Below, one piece after another: positions 36,577-47,426 of a stretch of 64,000 bases of DNA. The stretch's first letter is position 1, and each line of letters opens with the position of its first letter. The notes beneath the pieces were generated by a model that searched no databases, was not told where the DNA came from, and saw only the letters and a list, made by a program, of their open reading frames with translations. This DNA is from a virus. The stretch lies in the IMG/VR virus record IMGVR_UViG_3300033074_002003. One strand, written 5' to 3'. A program made the translations under genes and the position numbers.

Positions 36577-36592
36577 GGAAGAGAGGCCGTAA

Positions 36593-39500
36593 GTGGCAGA
36601 CGACAAGTCACAGCTAAAAGTAGCAGAACAGCTAGCGAAGGTCCTGGAACAGCAGGCTGCTAGGCTTGAGGGCATTACTCGCGAGATCAACGCGCAGTAC
36701 GAGATCACCAAGAAGATCATCGAGACTGTGAAGTCTGCTGGTGATCTAGAGGATCCGCTACAGAAGGCAAAGGACGTAAAGGGCGCGATCAAGGAGATCT
36801 CCGAGGAGACAAGCAAGGGTAAGGACCTAGCGACACAGCATGGCGAAGCGCTGAAGGACGCCATGACCAAGTCAGAGAATTCTTCTCTGTCATTCCTCAA
36901 GGCACTACAGAAAGTCGGCGGACAATTTCCTGTGATGAAGACCGCTGCCATTGCAGCGACGCACGGCATTGTTGAGGGATTCCGAGCGGCGGGTGCTATC
37001 ACGAGCTCTTTTTTGAAGACGACAGCGTCAATCGTCACGGGTATCGGAAAGATCGGTATCGCGATCCTCTCGATCCCGTTCAAGATCTTCCAGGCGTTGA
37101 TCGACAAGGCTGAGTCGGGTGGCGGTGGAAATGAGCTCGCAGCGGCATACGAGAAGGTCAGGAAACAGTTCGGTGACTTCCGACAGGATGCCGCACACAA
37201 CGTCATCAAGACTGCCCACGACATAGACAAGCAGTTCAAGGAGACGGGCCTTAACACGTTCATGGTCTTCGGCAACCTCGCGCAGAGACTCGAAGAGGTG
37301 AACAAGATCGCGACAGCGATGGGCGCGACATGGGACGTTCTTGGCAAAGAGTTCGCAGAGAACTCTGGTCACCTCCTCGCGTACCAGAAGGGTCTTGGTG
37401 TCGCTGAAGAGAACATGAAGGATTTCGCGCAGGCTGCGATTTCCTCTGGGAAGCCAATGCAGGAGGTGATGCGCGAAACGGCATCGCTGTCTCTTTCAAT
37501 GCAGAAGCAGTTTGGCGGTTCTGCGAAGCTCTACTCCCGCGACATGAGCAAGATGATCAACGATGTGAAGCACTTCGGCGGCGTCTCGCAGAAGATCATG
37601 GTTGAGGTCGCCGTCTACACACGAAAGCTGGGCCTCGAGACAGAGAAGCTTCTTGGGATGCTTGACAAGTTCGATACGTTCGATGAGGCGGCTCAGAGCG
37701 CCGCGAAGCTCGCGCAGACATACGGCGCGCAGGTCGACGCATTCAAGCTCATGACGGCTGAATCTCCCGTCGAGCAGCTCGACATGATCCGAAAGGCGAT
37801 GTTCGAGGCGGGCAAGACAGCAGAGACGATGGACAGGAAGGACTTCAAGTACATCGCTTCGCTTACAGCGATGGATGAGGCTTCCGTCAGAGCGGCTCTG
37901 TCCTCAAAGAACATGGGTGTGTCCCTCGACAAGGTGAAAGAGGGATCTGCGAAAGCAGAGAAGCAGCAACTGTCACAGGCAGAGGCGATGGCAAAGCTCG
38001 CGGGTGCCATCGAGCGCATGACGTTCAGCGGACAGGAGAAGTTCGGCGGGTTCATCAAAGCGCTCATCAAGGGATTCAACGACGGCATCGAGTGGTCGCA
38101 AGACTTCATGAAGGTGATGTTCAGCATCCGGCAGGACATGCGCATCATGTACTGGGCGGGCAGAGAGCTCGGTAAGGTGTTCGTTGACTCTTTCCCGGGA
38201 GTAAAAGACATCCTGCAGGGCATCGGGGAGATATTCGATCCAAAAAAGTTCCAGAAGCTTGCGAACGGAATTGTGGAGGTTTTCAAGAAGTTCTTCACAG
38301 ACATGTCTGACAGCCCAAAAACGGCGCTGCCGGAGCTTATGAAGAACCTCAAAGCAAAATTCTTTGACTTCTTCAACTCTGAATCCGCTGCGGGATCGAA
38401 GGTCATTTCTGGTTTTCGCAAGTTCCTCATGGCTCTTGGGCAGATCGCGGGCGGTGTAACGAAGTTCATGCTAGAGAGCCTGCGAGACGGGTTCAAACTC
38501 ATCACAGATCTCATGTCTGGGAAGGGTGCCGCTCAGATCGGGGCTGGAGCGTCGGGCGCGAAGAAGTTCATGATCGAGCTCTTCACACCTATCTTTGAGG
38601 CGATTAGGGACGTCTGGCCCTCTCTAAAAGACGCATTTGTCACGATGATTGAGACAGCCTGGGACAAGATCAAGAAATCTGGTGTCATTGAGAGGGCCTG
38701 GGAAGGTCTCAAGAAGTACATGCTTGTTGTCGGCATGGGTGCGATGGGTGCAGGAGCCGCGAAAGGAATTGGGGCGCTGATCCTCGGTGGGCTCGCGAAG
38801 GGTGTCGGTGGTGCTGTCGCGACGGGTATGGCTGGACTGATCGGAAATGCAGTCAAGAATGCTGGCACAAAAGCCGCAACCGCGGGCGGAACGAACGTTC
38901 TTGGGTCTGCGGCAAAGACACTCGGCGATAAACCCGCTGAAAATGCTTCAAGCCTCACTGGCGCGGCGAAAAAACTAGATGAGGGCGGGAAGTCTGGGAT
39001 CAACTGGAAGGGTATTGGCGGGTTCTTGCTCGGCCTTGCAGGTGTTATTGCTGTCGGTCTCGCGTCTCTGTGGGGTGCGATTAAGATCTTTGGCGATGTA
39101 CCCGTAGACAAGATTCTCAAGGGTCTACTCGTGATCGGAGGCGTGGCGACAGCGCTGCTGCCCGCAGCCGGCGCAGTTGCCCTCATTGGAATCGCGGGAA
39201 GGACGATAGACCCAAAGAGCGCTGCAGTTGGCGTCGGAGCGATTGCCCTAGCTGTGGGCGCGATGTCTCTCGCTATCGGTGCGATTTATGGTGCATTCTC
39301 TCTTCTGAAAGTCGATTTTGGTAGGCTCAAAGATTTCACGTCGACAATCCTCGAGATGTCGAAGGTGTTCATTCTTACAGGTGGCGTCGTTGCTGAGGCG
39401 ATGATAATTGGTGCTGTTATCACAGCAACGGGTGGTGTCGGCGGTGTTGCGGCTCTTGCTGGATTTACTGCGATTGGACTTGGTGTTGCTGCGATGGCAA

Positions 39501-40858
39501 CGTCAGTTACTGGCATCATTAAAGCACTCGCGACGGTTCCTTTCGCGGCCGACATGAAAGACAAGGTCGATGCCTTTGTCAAAGTATTGAGTGCGACAAC
39601 AGAGTTCGCTAAAGTGTACAGCGACATTCTCACTGCTTCACGACCGACATTCATGCAGCTCGTGACGGGAAATTCAAAGTCTGCCAAAGACGATCTTGAC
39701 GCAGTGACGAAATTCGTCAGTACGATGATCGGGCCCCCGGGTGGAATGATCGGTCTCGTCACGACGCTCATGGACGCAATCACGAAGTTGAGTGGAGAAG
39801 ACCAGACTGCACGTAAGGCCGCCGAAACGATGGCCGGTCTCCTTTCCGCGCTCGCGACGATGGCAGGTGCTATCGCACCCCCGAAAGAACTGTTTAGCAA
39901 CGGTTTCAAACTCATCGAGACTGGTGACGCAACACGCAACGCCTTGCAGGGTTCGCAAGACTATGTCTCTACAATGACGTCATCGATTCAATCGTTGATG
40001 GACAAGGTCAAGACATTCATAACGTTCATGAAAACAGGAGGAATCTCCGAAAAGGACCTACAAACAGCTGCTCTGATAGGCCCGCTGTTCCAAGCAATAG
40101 CACAGATCACTGTTGCTTTGAAGCCTACACCCGAACTGATTAATGCTGCGAAAGACGCAAAGGGCGACGTTCAAGGGAACGTAATGGTCCAAATTGGCGA
40201 CCTCATCAGAGCGCAGGGTAACCAGGTGAAAAGCGTCGTAGAATCGATGGCCAATAGCATCATGCCCGCTGCTAAGTCGCTCGGTGGGCTCGACAAAGGG
40301 CAGATCGAAAGTTTGAAAGTCGTCGCGCCGCTGATCGACAGCCTCTTCAAAGCTGTTTCAAATATCACAGGTGCATTCACGACAATCTTGTTGTCAAAGA
40401 ACCTGAACACAGGCATCGACACGAAGAACAACCTCATCAAGGTCATGATGAGCAGCGTCGGGACAATGATCCAGAGCGTGGCCACTGAACTGCCGAGCAT
40501 CTTTACGTCTCTTTCGGCGATGCCGAAGATCGCCGAGAAGGGTGCCATCGAACAGACGAAGACGTCGCTGAAGGTTGTGGGTGACATGATCGCGTCGCTC
40601 AACTCGCTCACTTCGATGCTCTCTGACGGAAACCTCACGAAGCTAGACGTCGCGCCGAAGCTCGAGGCAATGGCGAAGAAGGTCGGCCTCGGTGGCAGCG
40701 GAACCTATACCATCACACACAAACCCATTACGATAACGCTGAACCTCGATATCCACATGGACGCGAAGCAGATCGAGTACGGCATCATCAACCGCAACGG
40801 CCTCGGACAGAAAGTCGTCGTTGTCTACGACGAAGAGAAGCGCAAGAACAACGTATGA
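36593..40858 (+). CDS. Tail tape measure protein.
   Basis: A 1421-aa, alpha-helical, A/G/K-rich protein with periodic motifs and C-terminal hydrophobic G/A-rich segments. It sits in the canonical position after the sheath, tube and chaperone genes. Confidence 0.8.
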   Translation: MADDKSQLKVAEQLAKVLEQQAARLEGITREINAQYEITKKIIETVKSAGDLEDPLQKAKDVKGAIKEISEETSKGKDLATQHGEALKDAMTKSENSSLSFLKALQKVGGQFPVMKTAAIAATHGIVEGFRAAGAITSSFLKTTASIVTGIGKIGIAILSIPFKIFQALIDKAESGGGGNELAAAYEKVRKQFGDFRQDAAHNVIKTAHDIDKQFKETGLNTFMVFGNLAQRLEEVNKIATAMGATWDVLGKEFAENSGHLLAYQKGLGVAEENMKDFAQAAISSGKPMQEVMRETASLSLSMQKQFGGSAKLYSRDMSKMINDVKHFGGVSQKIMVEVAVYTRKLGLETEKLLGMLDKFDTFDEAAQSAAKLAQTYGAQVDAFKLMTAESPVEQLDMIRKAMFEAGKTAETMDRKDFKYIASLTAMDEASVRAALSSKNMGVSLDKVKEGSAKAEKQQLSQAEAMAKLAGAIERMTFSGQEKFGGFIKALIKGFNDGIEWSQDFMKVMFSIRQDMRIMYWAGRELGKVFVDSFPGVKDILQGIGEIFDPKKFQKLANGIVEVFKKFFTDMSDSPKTALPELMKNLKAKFFDFFNSESAAGSKVISGFRKFLMALGQIAGGVTKFMLESLRDGFKLITDLMSGKGAAQIGAGASGAKKFMIELFTPIFEAIRDVWPSLKDAFVTMIETAWDKIKKSGVIERAWEGLKKYMLVVGMGAMGAGAAKGIGALILGGLAKGVGGAVATGMAGLIGNAVKNAGTKAATAGGTNVLGSAAKTLGDKPAENASSLTGAAKKLDEGGKSGINWKGIGGFLLGLAGVIAVGLASLWGAIKIFGDVPVDKILKGLLVIGGVATALLPAAGAVALIGIAGRTIDPKSAAVGVGAIALAVGAMSLAIGAIYGAFSLLKVDFGRLKDFTSTILEMSKVFILTGGVVAEAMIIGAVITATGGVGGVAALAGFTAIGLGVAAMATSVTGIIKALATVPFAADMKDKVDAFVKVLSATTEFAKVYSDILTASRPTFMQLVTGNSKSAKDDLDAVTKFVSTMIGPPGGMIGLVTTLMDAITKLSGEDQTARKAAETMAGLLSALATMAGAIAPPKELFSNGFKLIETGDATRNALQGSQDYVSTMTSSIQSLMDKVKTFITFMKTGGISEKDLQTAALIGPLFQAIAQITVALKPTPELINAAKDAKGDVQGNVMVQIGDLIRAQGNQVKSVVESMANSIMPAAKSLGGLDKGQIESLKVVAPLIDSLFKAVSNITGAFTTILLSKNLNTGIDTKNNLIKVMMSSVGTMIQSVATELPSIFTSLSAMPKIAEKGAIEQTKTSLKVVGDMIASLNSLTSMLSDGNLTKLDVAPKLEAMAKKVGLGGSGTYTITHKPITITLNLDIHMDAKQIEYGIINRNGLGQKVVVVYDEEKRKNNV

Positions 40859-41061
40859 GAGACGACGTGCTAGAACGCCTGAGGGCCCACCCTCTCTACA
40901 AGAAGTCCATTGAGGGACTCTCGGAAGCAGAACGACTGAAGATCGAGGAGACGGTCGAGTCTTTTGTCGATCAGCTATCGTCCGCGTTTGTGTCAGTCGC
41001 CTCGCGAGCAAAAGCGGAGGCAGCGAAGCCAGCGGGAATTTCCGGGTCACTTGGTACTTAG
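40855..41061 (+). CDS. Small hypothetical protein.
   Basis: A 68-aa ORF overlapping the tape measure stop (ATGA). Confidence 0.4.
   Translation: MRDDVLERLRAHPLYKKSIEGLSEAERLKIEETVESFVDQLSSAFVSVASRAKAEAAKPAGISGSLGT
41053..41060 (+). promoter_or_regulatory. ATACTTA-like motif instance (GGTACTTAG) within a short inverted repeat (GGTACT...AGTACC), 18 nt upstream of the 41078 start.
   Basis: Recurring motif; see findings. Confidence 0.25.
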
Positions 41062-41077
41062 CTGACGAGTACCAGAC

Positions 41078-44000
41078 ATGCCAGCGCCTCCGAAGAAGCC
41101 CGTTCAGAAGAACGTTGACGAAATCGATGTAGCGTCAGATCTTTTCTCACCTGAGGGAGACGAGACGAGGACAATCGGAGGTGAGGCCGTTCCGAACTTC
41201 ATTCGCGAGGGGAATGACATTCCACTCAAGAAGAAGAAGACACTCGCGCAATACCTTGCCGCAAAGACGTCGGTGAACGAGTTCCCAGTGACGCCTGACC
41301 TCTACGTCGAGTCGAGCGCGACGGGACCCGATGGACTCCCGACTCCGCTGACAACAAAGTTGCCTGATTTCCAGACGTCCTTCACCAACCCGAACAAGGG
41401 TACCAATCCCTTCACTGGCAATTCGGACCCACAGAACGACCTTGACACTTACTCTAATTCGGGCGCCGGAACGTCTGATGCTGATGCTGTGTCGTGGGTG
41501 CAAGAGAACGTCATGAAGGGCAGGGGCGTCGGGAAGCCCTACAATGGACACACGCTCCTGCGGTACGTACAGGGGCAGGAACAGCAGACAGACGGCAAGT
41601 TTTCTGATCCAAAGTCACAGGACAACGTAGCAAACCACTACACGTCGAAGGTGCTGAGTCACAATAGGTTCACACCCATCGAGCCATTTTCTACACAGCG
41701 AGACTCTGCGGGAAAAATCTCGCTCATGAGGCAGACGAAGTTCGGTGTCTACGATCACAACGCCCCGAAGATTACGCCCGAGGCAGCAGACAAGATCGGT
41801 TCTGTGCTCGCGCTCCGCGCAGCCGGTGAGCTCGGCGCAGAGGACGCTGGCTTCAATCCGCCGAACAAGATGAACCTGCGCACAATCCTTCCCGGGAAGA
41901 CGCAGCTTGGTATTTCGCGCGTCGAGACCGCAGTGTTAGAGGCAGAGAGCGTGCTACGAGACATTGCTGGTGGCGTTCCGACAAAGGTGGGACTTGAGTC
42001 GTCGCTTGTCACCGATGCTCTCTCTGTCGGGCAGATCAACACGTACGCGGATCCTTTCTCTGGACTTCTACCAGCGGGAATGTCAGCTCTCGCAGTAGCG
42101 CTGCTTCTTGCGGCGCAGATCGCTATCGATGTGTTCTCTCTGTTGATGAACACGGTCTCCACCGCGTCCTCTACGTCATCGAAAACAAAGGACCGTCTCG
42201 GGCGCTACATGCCGGGCAAGTCCTACTACAATGATGGTGCAGAGACATCTCGAATCGGATTTCCGCTACCAGCTCGCCTCTTTGGAATCGAGAAGACGCA
42301 GAACGTCTACGGAGAGGCGGTATCGAAGGGCATTGAGGTGTTCTTTTCAGTTGGTTTGGGCAGGACGATTGTAGAGCCCGGCTTCTTCGTTGTCTTCCTC
42401 AGAAGTATCTTGGCTTCGGCACCTACACTCGTGAGGAAGGTCGCGGAGATATTCGGGAGCGGTAACCCGTTCGACATCATCAGTTCTATCACGACGTTCA
42501 TCGAAGCGATCAGATCCTCAAAGCTCCTCGCCGCAATGAACGTCTTTGCACACATTGGTGACCTCGCGCTCTTGGCAGAAGATGCTGGGTACGTCGATAA
42601 TACTCGTATGTCTGACATCGACGCTCTCCCTTCGTACCTCCCGGGTTCTGCGATCGCGAAGAGCAGGGACCAGGACTCGCTGCGCCTCGCGTGGAGAGCT
42701 TCTGCCTCGCCGATGTCAGTCCTGCTTCCTGCCACCCTGCGAGCGGCGGGTTCGGCAAAGGGGCTGTCGAGGAAATTGTCTGGCATCAACAGGGCGTACG
42801 CTGGCATCAATACGATGCACTCACCAGTGGGAACGTCAGAGAACAGGATCCCTCTCGACAAACTGCACGCGCTTGAGGCTCGCCTAGAAGCCGAGTACGT
42901 TCCGTTCTACTTCCACGACACCCGCACGAACGAGATCATTGCGTTCCATGCTTTTCTCACGACGCTCACTGACAACTACACGACAAACCACGACACTGTG
43001 GACGCGTACGGTCGCGTCGATCCGATCAAGATCTACAAGAATACGACCCGCGCGATCAACGTTTCGTTTCATGTCGTCTCTACGAATGAGGACGATTTTG
43101 ATTTCATGTGGGCCAAGATCAACAAGCTCATCACACTCGTCTACCCACAGTGGTCAGAGGGCCTCGTGAAGCGCGACAAGGGAGGCAACTCGTTTACGCA
43201 GCCGTTCTCGCAGGTCCCAGCGGCTTCACCGCTGTTCAGGCTGCGTGTGGGTGATGTGATCAAGTCGAACTACTCTAGGTTCGCGTTGAAGCGTCTCTTC
43301 GGATACGGGTCTAGCAACTTCTCGTACAAGGACGAGAGCACCGGTGAGACCGTCAACGAGCAGTCGCTGCGTGCCGAGGACAAGAAGAGCGCAGACAATT
43401 TTGCCGCGTCCAGAAGAGCACAAGACAATCTAGCGGGTGTGTCGAAGCAGCGTTCCGAGATAGACAGTGTGCGAGTCGGCGACAATTACCTACTTCGCCC
43501 CGCGCCTCTTGGGGGCTACCCTTCTCGTGGGTTGAAGACACTTTCGAAAAATCTGAAGAATCGCATCAACACCCTCGTGAAGGTCAGCGCGATAACGCTC
43601 GACAACGAAGTGTATGTCTCAGACGATTCAGGTGGCACGTTCACAGTTTCTGCATCTGACCTCATTGAGCTGCGAGACGGCGATTCCGCAGAGGTACGCG
43701 GGCAAAATGCCGCGTCAAACAAAGGCAGAACGGACGGGCTCGACAAATCGTTCTTCAGCCCTGGTTCTAACCTGGGCTCTGGTGCAGATCCCAAGGCAAA
43801 TACGATCGTCAGGTCGTTCGAGACAGCGATGTCGCGGGGTCTACCGTGTGTTATCAACTCGATCAACTTCAACTGGCTCGAGGGCACGACTTGGGAGACA
43901 GAGATCTTCGGTTCGCGTGCACCGAAAGTCGTGAAAGTCGACCTCTCGATCACACCATTCCACGACATCACGCCAGGTCTCGATGCGTACGGCGCGAACA

Positions 44001-44110
44001 GAGCGCCGATTTACGGCGTCGGTCAGTTGTCAAACGCTTATGCTGATGATGACATCGATGGGGAGAAGCAGTTCGATCGCCTTCGCACATCGATGCGGAA
44101 GAGGAAGTGA
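41078..44110 (+). CDS. Large tail/baseplate protein, hub-like or baseplate-associated.
   Basis: A 1010-aa ORF immediately after the tape measure. Confidence 0.55.
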   Translation: MPAPPKKPVQKNVDEIDVASDLFSPEGDETRTIGGEAVPNFIREGNDIPLKKKKTLAQYLAAKTSVNEFPVTPDLYVESSATGPDGLPTPLTTKLPDFQTSFTNPNKGTNPFTGNSDPQNDLDTYSNSGAGTSDADAVSWVQENVMKGRGVGKPYNGHTLLRYVQGQEQQTDGKFSDPKSQDNVANHYTSKVLSHNRFTPIEPFSTQRDSAGKISLMRQTKFGVYDHNAPKITPEAADKIGSVLALRAAGELGAEDAGFNPPNKMNLRTILPGKTQLGISRVETAVLEAESVLRDIAGGVPTKVGLESSLVTDALSVGQINTYADPFSGLLPAGMSALAVALLLAAQIAIDVFSLLMNTVSTASSTSSKTKDRLGRYMPGKSYYNDGAETSRIGFPLPARLFGIEKTQNVYGEAVSKGIEVFFSVGLGRTIVEPGFFVVFLRSILASAPTLVRKVAEIFGSGNPFDIISSITTFIEAIRSSKLLAAMNVFAHIGDLALLAEDAGYVDNTRMSDIDALPSYLPGSAIAKSRDQDSLRLAWRASASPMSVLLPATLRAAGSAKGLSRKLSGINRAYAGINTMHSPVGTSENRIPLDKLHALEARLEAEYVPFYFHDTRTNEIIAFHAFLTTLTDNYTTNHDTVDAYGRVDPIKIYKNTTRAINVSFHVVSTNEDDFDFMWAKINKLITLVYPQWSEGLVKRDKGGNSFTQPFSQVPAASPLFRLRVGDVIKSNYSRFALKRLFGYGSSNFSYKDESTGETVNEQSLRAEDKKSADNFAASRRAQDNLAGVSKQRSEIDSVRVGDNYLLRPAPLGGYPSRGLKTLSKNLKNRINTLVKVSAITLDNEVYVSDDSGGTFTVSASDLIELRDGDSAEVRGQNAASNKGRTDGLDKSFFSPGSNLGSGADPKANTIVRSFETAMSRGLPCVINSINFNWLEGTTWETEIFGSRAPKVVKVDLSITPFHDITPGLDAYGANRAPIYGVGQLSNAYADDDIDGEKQFDRLRTSMRKRK

Positions 44111-44113
44111 TAG

Positions 44114-44407
44114 ATGGCATTTGATCGCTACACCGGCGTCGATACGATCGGGTTCGGAGATCGAATCGGAACGTCACGCGCTCACATTTCGATTCGCAAT
44201 GCAGTGAAGAACGGGACCGTTGACTACGAGACGATCACACTGCGCGGCTTCGAGAGGCTGGACACAATTGCCGGCAGGTACTACGGCGATGGGCAGTACT
44301 GGTGGATCATTGCGTCTGCGTCCGAGATTGGGTGGGCACCGCAAGTCCCGCCTGGCACCGTACTATTCATCCCGAACCTTTCGCAGGTAGCTAAGCTGGT
44401 GACCTGA
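44114..44407 (+). CDS. LysM-like small tail/baseplate protein (P2 gpX / T4 gp53-like).
   Basis: The motif DTIAGRYYGDGQYWWIIASAS...PPGTVLFIPNL fits the LysM-like pattern (D.L..IA..YYG....IA..N...L..G..L.IP). Confidence 0.55.
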   Translation: MAFDRYTGVDTIGFGDRIGTSRAHISIRNAVKNGTVDYETITLRGFERLDTIAGRYYGDGQYWWIIASASEIGWAPQVPPGTVLFIPNLSQVAKLVT

Positions 44408-47388
44408 TGGCCGGAACGAAATTCAGTGCAGAGGCGGAGTTCGCCGTACAGAAGCTGCAGACATACTACAGCTTCCTCACGCCGACACAGCTTGTTGAGA
44501 AGTACGCTACGACGAGCGTGAAGAATTCGTCTAACTCCGTTGAGAATGGGCGCGTGACAAAGGTCATCATGGACGCTCTCTTCAATACGTCATTCAAGGG
44601 ACTGTACACGCTACAGGACCTCGCCACAGTGTTCGAAAACAACATCAGACCGAACTCGGGCGGAGCGTCCGGATTTGAACAGCCCACGTCGGAGCTCGTC
44701 GAAGAATTTCACAGGCTCATTACGCTGAGAGCAGACGGTCTGAAACTTTCTAGCGATACAGCAAAACCGGCGCCGCTGTCGAAGCTCATGGCGGTGTCGT
44801 CCAAGAAGACTGACATATACAATCCCGACTTCAAGATCGGCTATATCGCCTGCAACTCACCTCGCATCTCGCTCGCCTCGCGCGACATCACGTCTGTGGC
44901 GGCATTTCTCAACACGATACCCACGATGGAGTTTTCCAGGGCGATCCCATATCTCTCGATAAACTTCAAGACAGGAAGGAACACCGTCACAAATGGGGGC
45001 GGATACATGAACGCGCCCACAATCCTGAGGTTTTTGAGGGGAGCTGACGCCGCTGCACCCGGTACAGTCGACAGGTTGATGCTCGACGCCACGTCAAATT
45101 CTGACGTGGGATCTGCTGGGTTCGATCACATGGGAATGGAGATCTTTACGTCTCCGATCTCAATGACTCCTCTGGCGTCTAAAGCTGATGGTTCTCTGCG
45201 CGCAACAACTATCAACGATCCGAACAGACCTATCATGTCTATCGAATCGCTCACGATAGAGGTCATTCCCACGATCGGCGTCTACCAGTACAAGACAGCG
45301 GCACTGAACATCATACTTCACGACAAGTCGCGGCTTGGTGAAGTAAGCGATCTCGTGAGGCCGGAGGCGTTCGGCGGCGGGAGCAACAAAGCCGGAATCG
45401 AAATAACGTACGGGTGGAGCCACCCAGACGACATTACGACCGGCAACGTCTACGGTGTCCTGCTCAATCGAATGCGCGTCACCGAAGTCTTCTCGATCAT
45501 CAACGCGAAGTTCACGTTCACGAACGAGGGACAGGTGAAGATCAACCTATCTCTCGCGACAAAGGGAGCGTACGATCTTCACCGCGCAAAGATCCTCGAC
45601 AGTGACATCGACAGCGAAGCGCAGCAGCTCGTGAAGCTTACGTCTCGAGTAAAAGAACTTCGAGAGCAACTGGGTCTCAGAGCGACGTCAGACACCATGA
45701 AAGAAGTGAGGGTGTTTCAGGTGCTCGACGCCGCTGAGGCAGCAGAGAGACCCGACCTCAAGGAGTTTTCAAAGAAGCTCGACGAGGCGTTGAAGTCACT
45801 GAAGGCGATCGGAGACAAGTCTGGCAAGGGCTCTGCCGCGAACGCGAAGAAAATTGCGTCTGAGCTCTCTGACACGCTTCTCGAGCTCTACACAAAGAAA
45901 GATTCTGCTGGCGCGGGTGGTGGTCTCCTCGGAAAGATAGACCGCAGTGTTTCGAGCGCGATCGCTGGGAGATTCGATTACCTCTCGAGAGTCGAGGATC
46001 CGTTTCTTACGCCGCTAGAGAAGAGGAAAAATGGGCAGAAACTTCCATGGGACGAGGACCTGAAAAACTTCAACACTGACGCCCCGTCATCACCTTCCGT
46101 GAAGAAGAAGAATTTTCTAGTGAGCCTCGGCGCCCTTCTCATGACATTCGTCGGCCTTCCGATGATGGCCAATGAAGGTGTGCAGGAAGTGCAGTTTGTC
46201 TTTCACACGTTCAACGATTTCGCCGGCCGCGCCGGGGGGCAGAACCTGTCTCTATTCCCGATCGATCTTGAGTATTTCAAGGATATCTTTCAGAAGCTCG
46301 CTCGACAGAGAAGGGACCCGAATTTCACGCTCGAGGAGTTCACGCGGATCATATCAGATCACATCATCAACAATCCCCGCTCTGTGGGATATGGAATGCG
46401 CTCTCTGTACAGCGTCTCTAACGACAAAGAAGACGCCGACGCGTTGCCAAAGATCGAGCTCGCAAAGAACGTTAGCGGCGAGGCAGTCGCGAACCAGATG
46501 ACGAGGATTCTCGATGGGAAGGGCGGGACGTTCAAATTTCCGATCCTCGAGTCGTTCGTCGAGACGCTCCCACGCAGGAAACTAAAGTCAGATGACGAGC
46601 TCCCTGAGATTGATTCGAGCTACAGCATCATGAGGATTCACTTCTACGACAAACAGTGCACTCCTTACGAGCCAGTGTTTGACCTACTTGCCGCCTCGCG
46701 CGGAGAACAGACACAGCAGAAAATCGACGAGACGAAGCAGAAGGGCGACAAAGGAACAGCTGGCACGCTTAGTACTGACGTAATTGTCAGAGCTTTCGCC
46801 GCGTACTGCGCAGAAGTGAAGAAAGCTCCCAACGCCGAAGCAAAGGCGAAAGTCCCAGTCCCGCCCGAACTCACCTCCGCTGGTGCTAAATCGGCATTCA
46901 AGTCGGGTGGAAATATCATTGTGCCCGCAGCTGCGGATCTGGTGAGGAATTTCATCCGCGAGACAGTTCCCACGATAACACACGGATCGAACCTCTCTGC
47001 CGTGAAGTCAGCAGACGTCAGCACGCTGCAGGATGCACAGCAACAGGCAATTTTCATGAAGGGCGCCGCGAGGGGAAATCCCACGCAGCCGAACGGCTCT
47101 GACGTGGGTGGGTTGCCCGTCACCGTCCTCCCGACGACCGTGAACCTCACGACGCTCGGCTGCCCGCTGCTCGCGCTCATGCAGCAGTTTTTCGTTGATT
47201 TTGGCACCGGAACGTCTGTTGACAACGTCTACTACGTTACCGGCCTCTCTCACGATATCCAAGCTGGAAAATTCGAGACAAAGATCAAGATGACGCCCGG
47301 CGAGGCGTACGGCAAGTTCAAGCCGATCAAGGATGCGCTGAAGCAGATGTCAGAGAAACTGAAGATCGACGAGGGCGGAAACACCTAA
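44407..47388 (+). CDS. Large baseplate/tail structural protein.
   Basis: A 993-aa ORF coupled to the upstream LysM-like gene. Confidence 0.55.
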   Translation: MAGTKFSAEAEFAVQKLQTYYSFLTPTQLVEKYATTSVKNSSNSVENGRVTKVIMDALFNTSFKGLYTLQDLATVFENNIRPNSGGASGFEQPTSELVEEFHRLITLRADGLKLSSDTAKPAPLSKLMAVSSKKTDIYNPDFKIGYIACNSPRISLASRDITSVAAFLNTIPTMEFSRAIPYLSINFKTGRNTVTNGGGYMNAPTILRFLRGADAAAPGTVDRLMLDATSNSDVGSAGFDHMGMEIFTSPISMTPLASKADGSLRATTINDPNRPIMSIESLTIEVIPTIGVYQYKTAALNIILHDKSRLGEVSDLVRPEAFGGGSNKAGIEITYGWSHPDDITTGNVYGVLLNRMRVTEVFSIINAKFTFTNEGQVKINLSLATKGAYDLHRAKILDSDIDSEAQQLVKLTSRVKELREQLGLRATSDTMKEVRVFQVLDAAEAAERPDLKEFSKKLDEALKSLKAIGDKSGKGSAANAKKIASELSDTLLELYTKKDSAGAGGGLLGKIDRSVSSAIAGRFDYLSRVEDPFLTPLEKRKNGQKLPWDEDLKNFNTDAPSSPSVKKKNFLVSLGALLMTFVGLPMMANEGVQEVQFVFHTFNDFAGRAGGQNLSLFPIDLEYFKDIFQKLARQRRDPNFTLEEFTRIISDHIINNPRSVGYGMRSLYSVSNDKEDADALPKIELAKNVSGEAVANQMTRILDGKGGTFKFPILESFVETLPRRKLKSDDELPEIDSSYSIMRIHFYDKQCTPYEPVFDLLAASRGEQTQQKIDETKQKGDKGTAGTLSTDVIVRAFAAYCAEVKKAPNAEAKAKVPVPPELTSAGAKSAFKSGGNIIVPAAADLVRNFIRETVPTITHGSNLSAVKSADVSTLQDAQQQAIFMKGAARGNPTQPNGSDVGGLPVTVLPTTVNLTTLGCPLLALMQQFFVDFGTGTSVDNVYYVTGLSHDIQAGKFETKIKMTPGEAYGKFKPIKDALKQMSEKLKIDEGGNT

Positions 47389-47426
47389 TTCTGAACACAG
47401 TGGCACTGAGACAGAACTATTAGGAT

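Noticed and set aside
36511-39939. A series of long minus-strand ORFs (36511..37347, 37693..38514, 38533..39186, 39286..39939).
   Set aside because: All lie antisense within the tape measure gene. Their Ala/Ser/Pro-rich low-complexity translations are mirror-frame artefacts of the GC-rich repetitive tape measure coding sequence.
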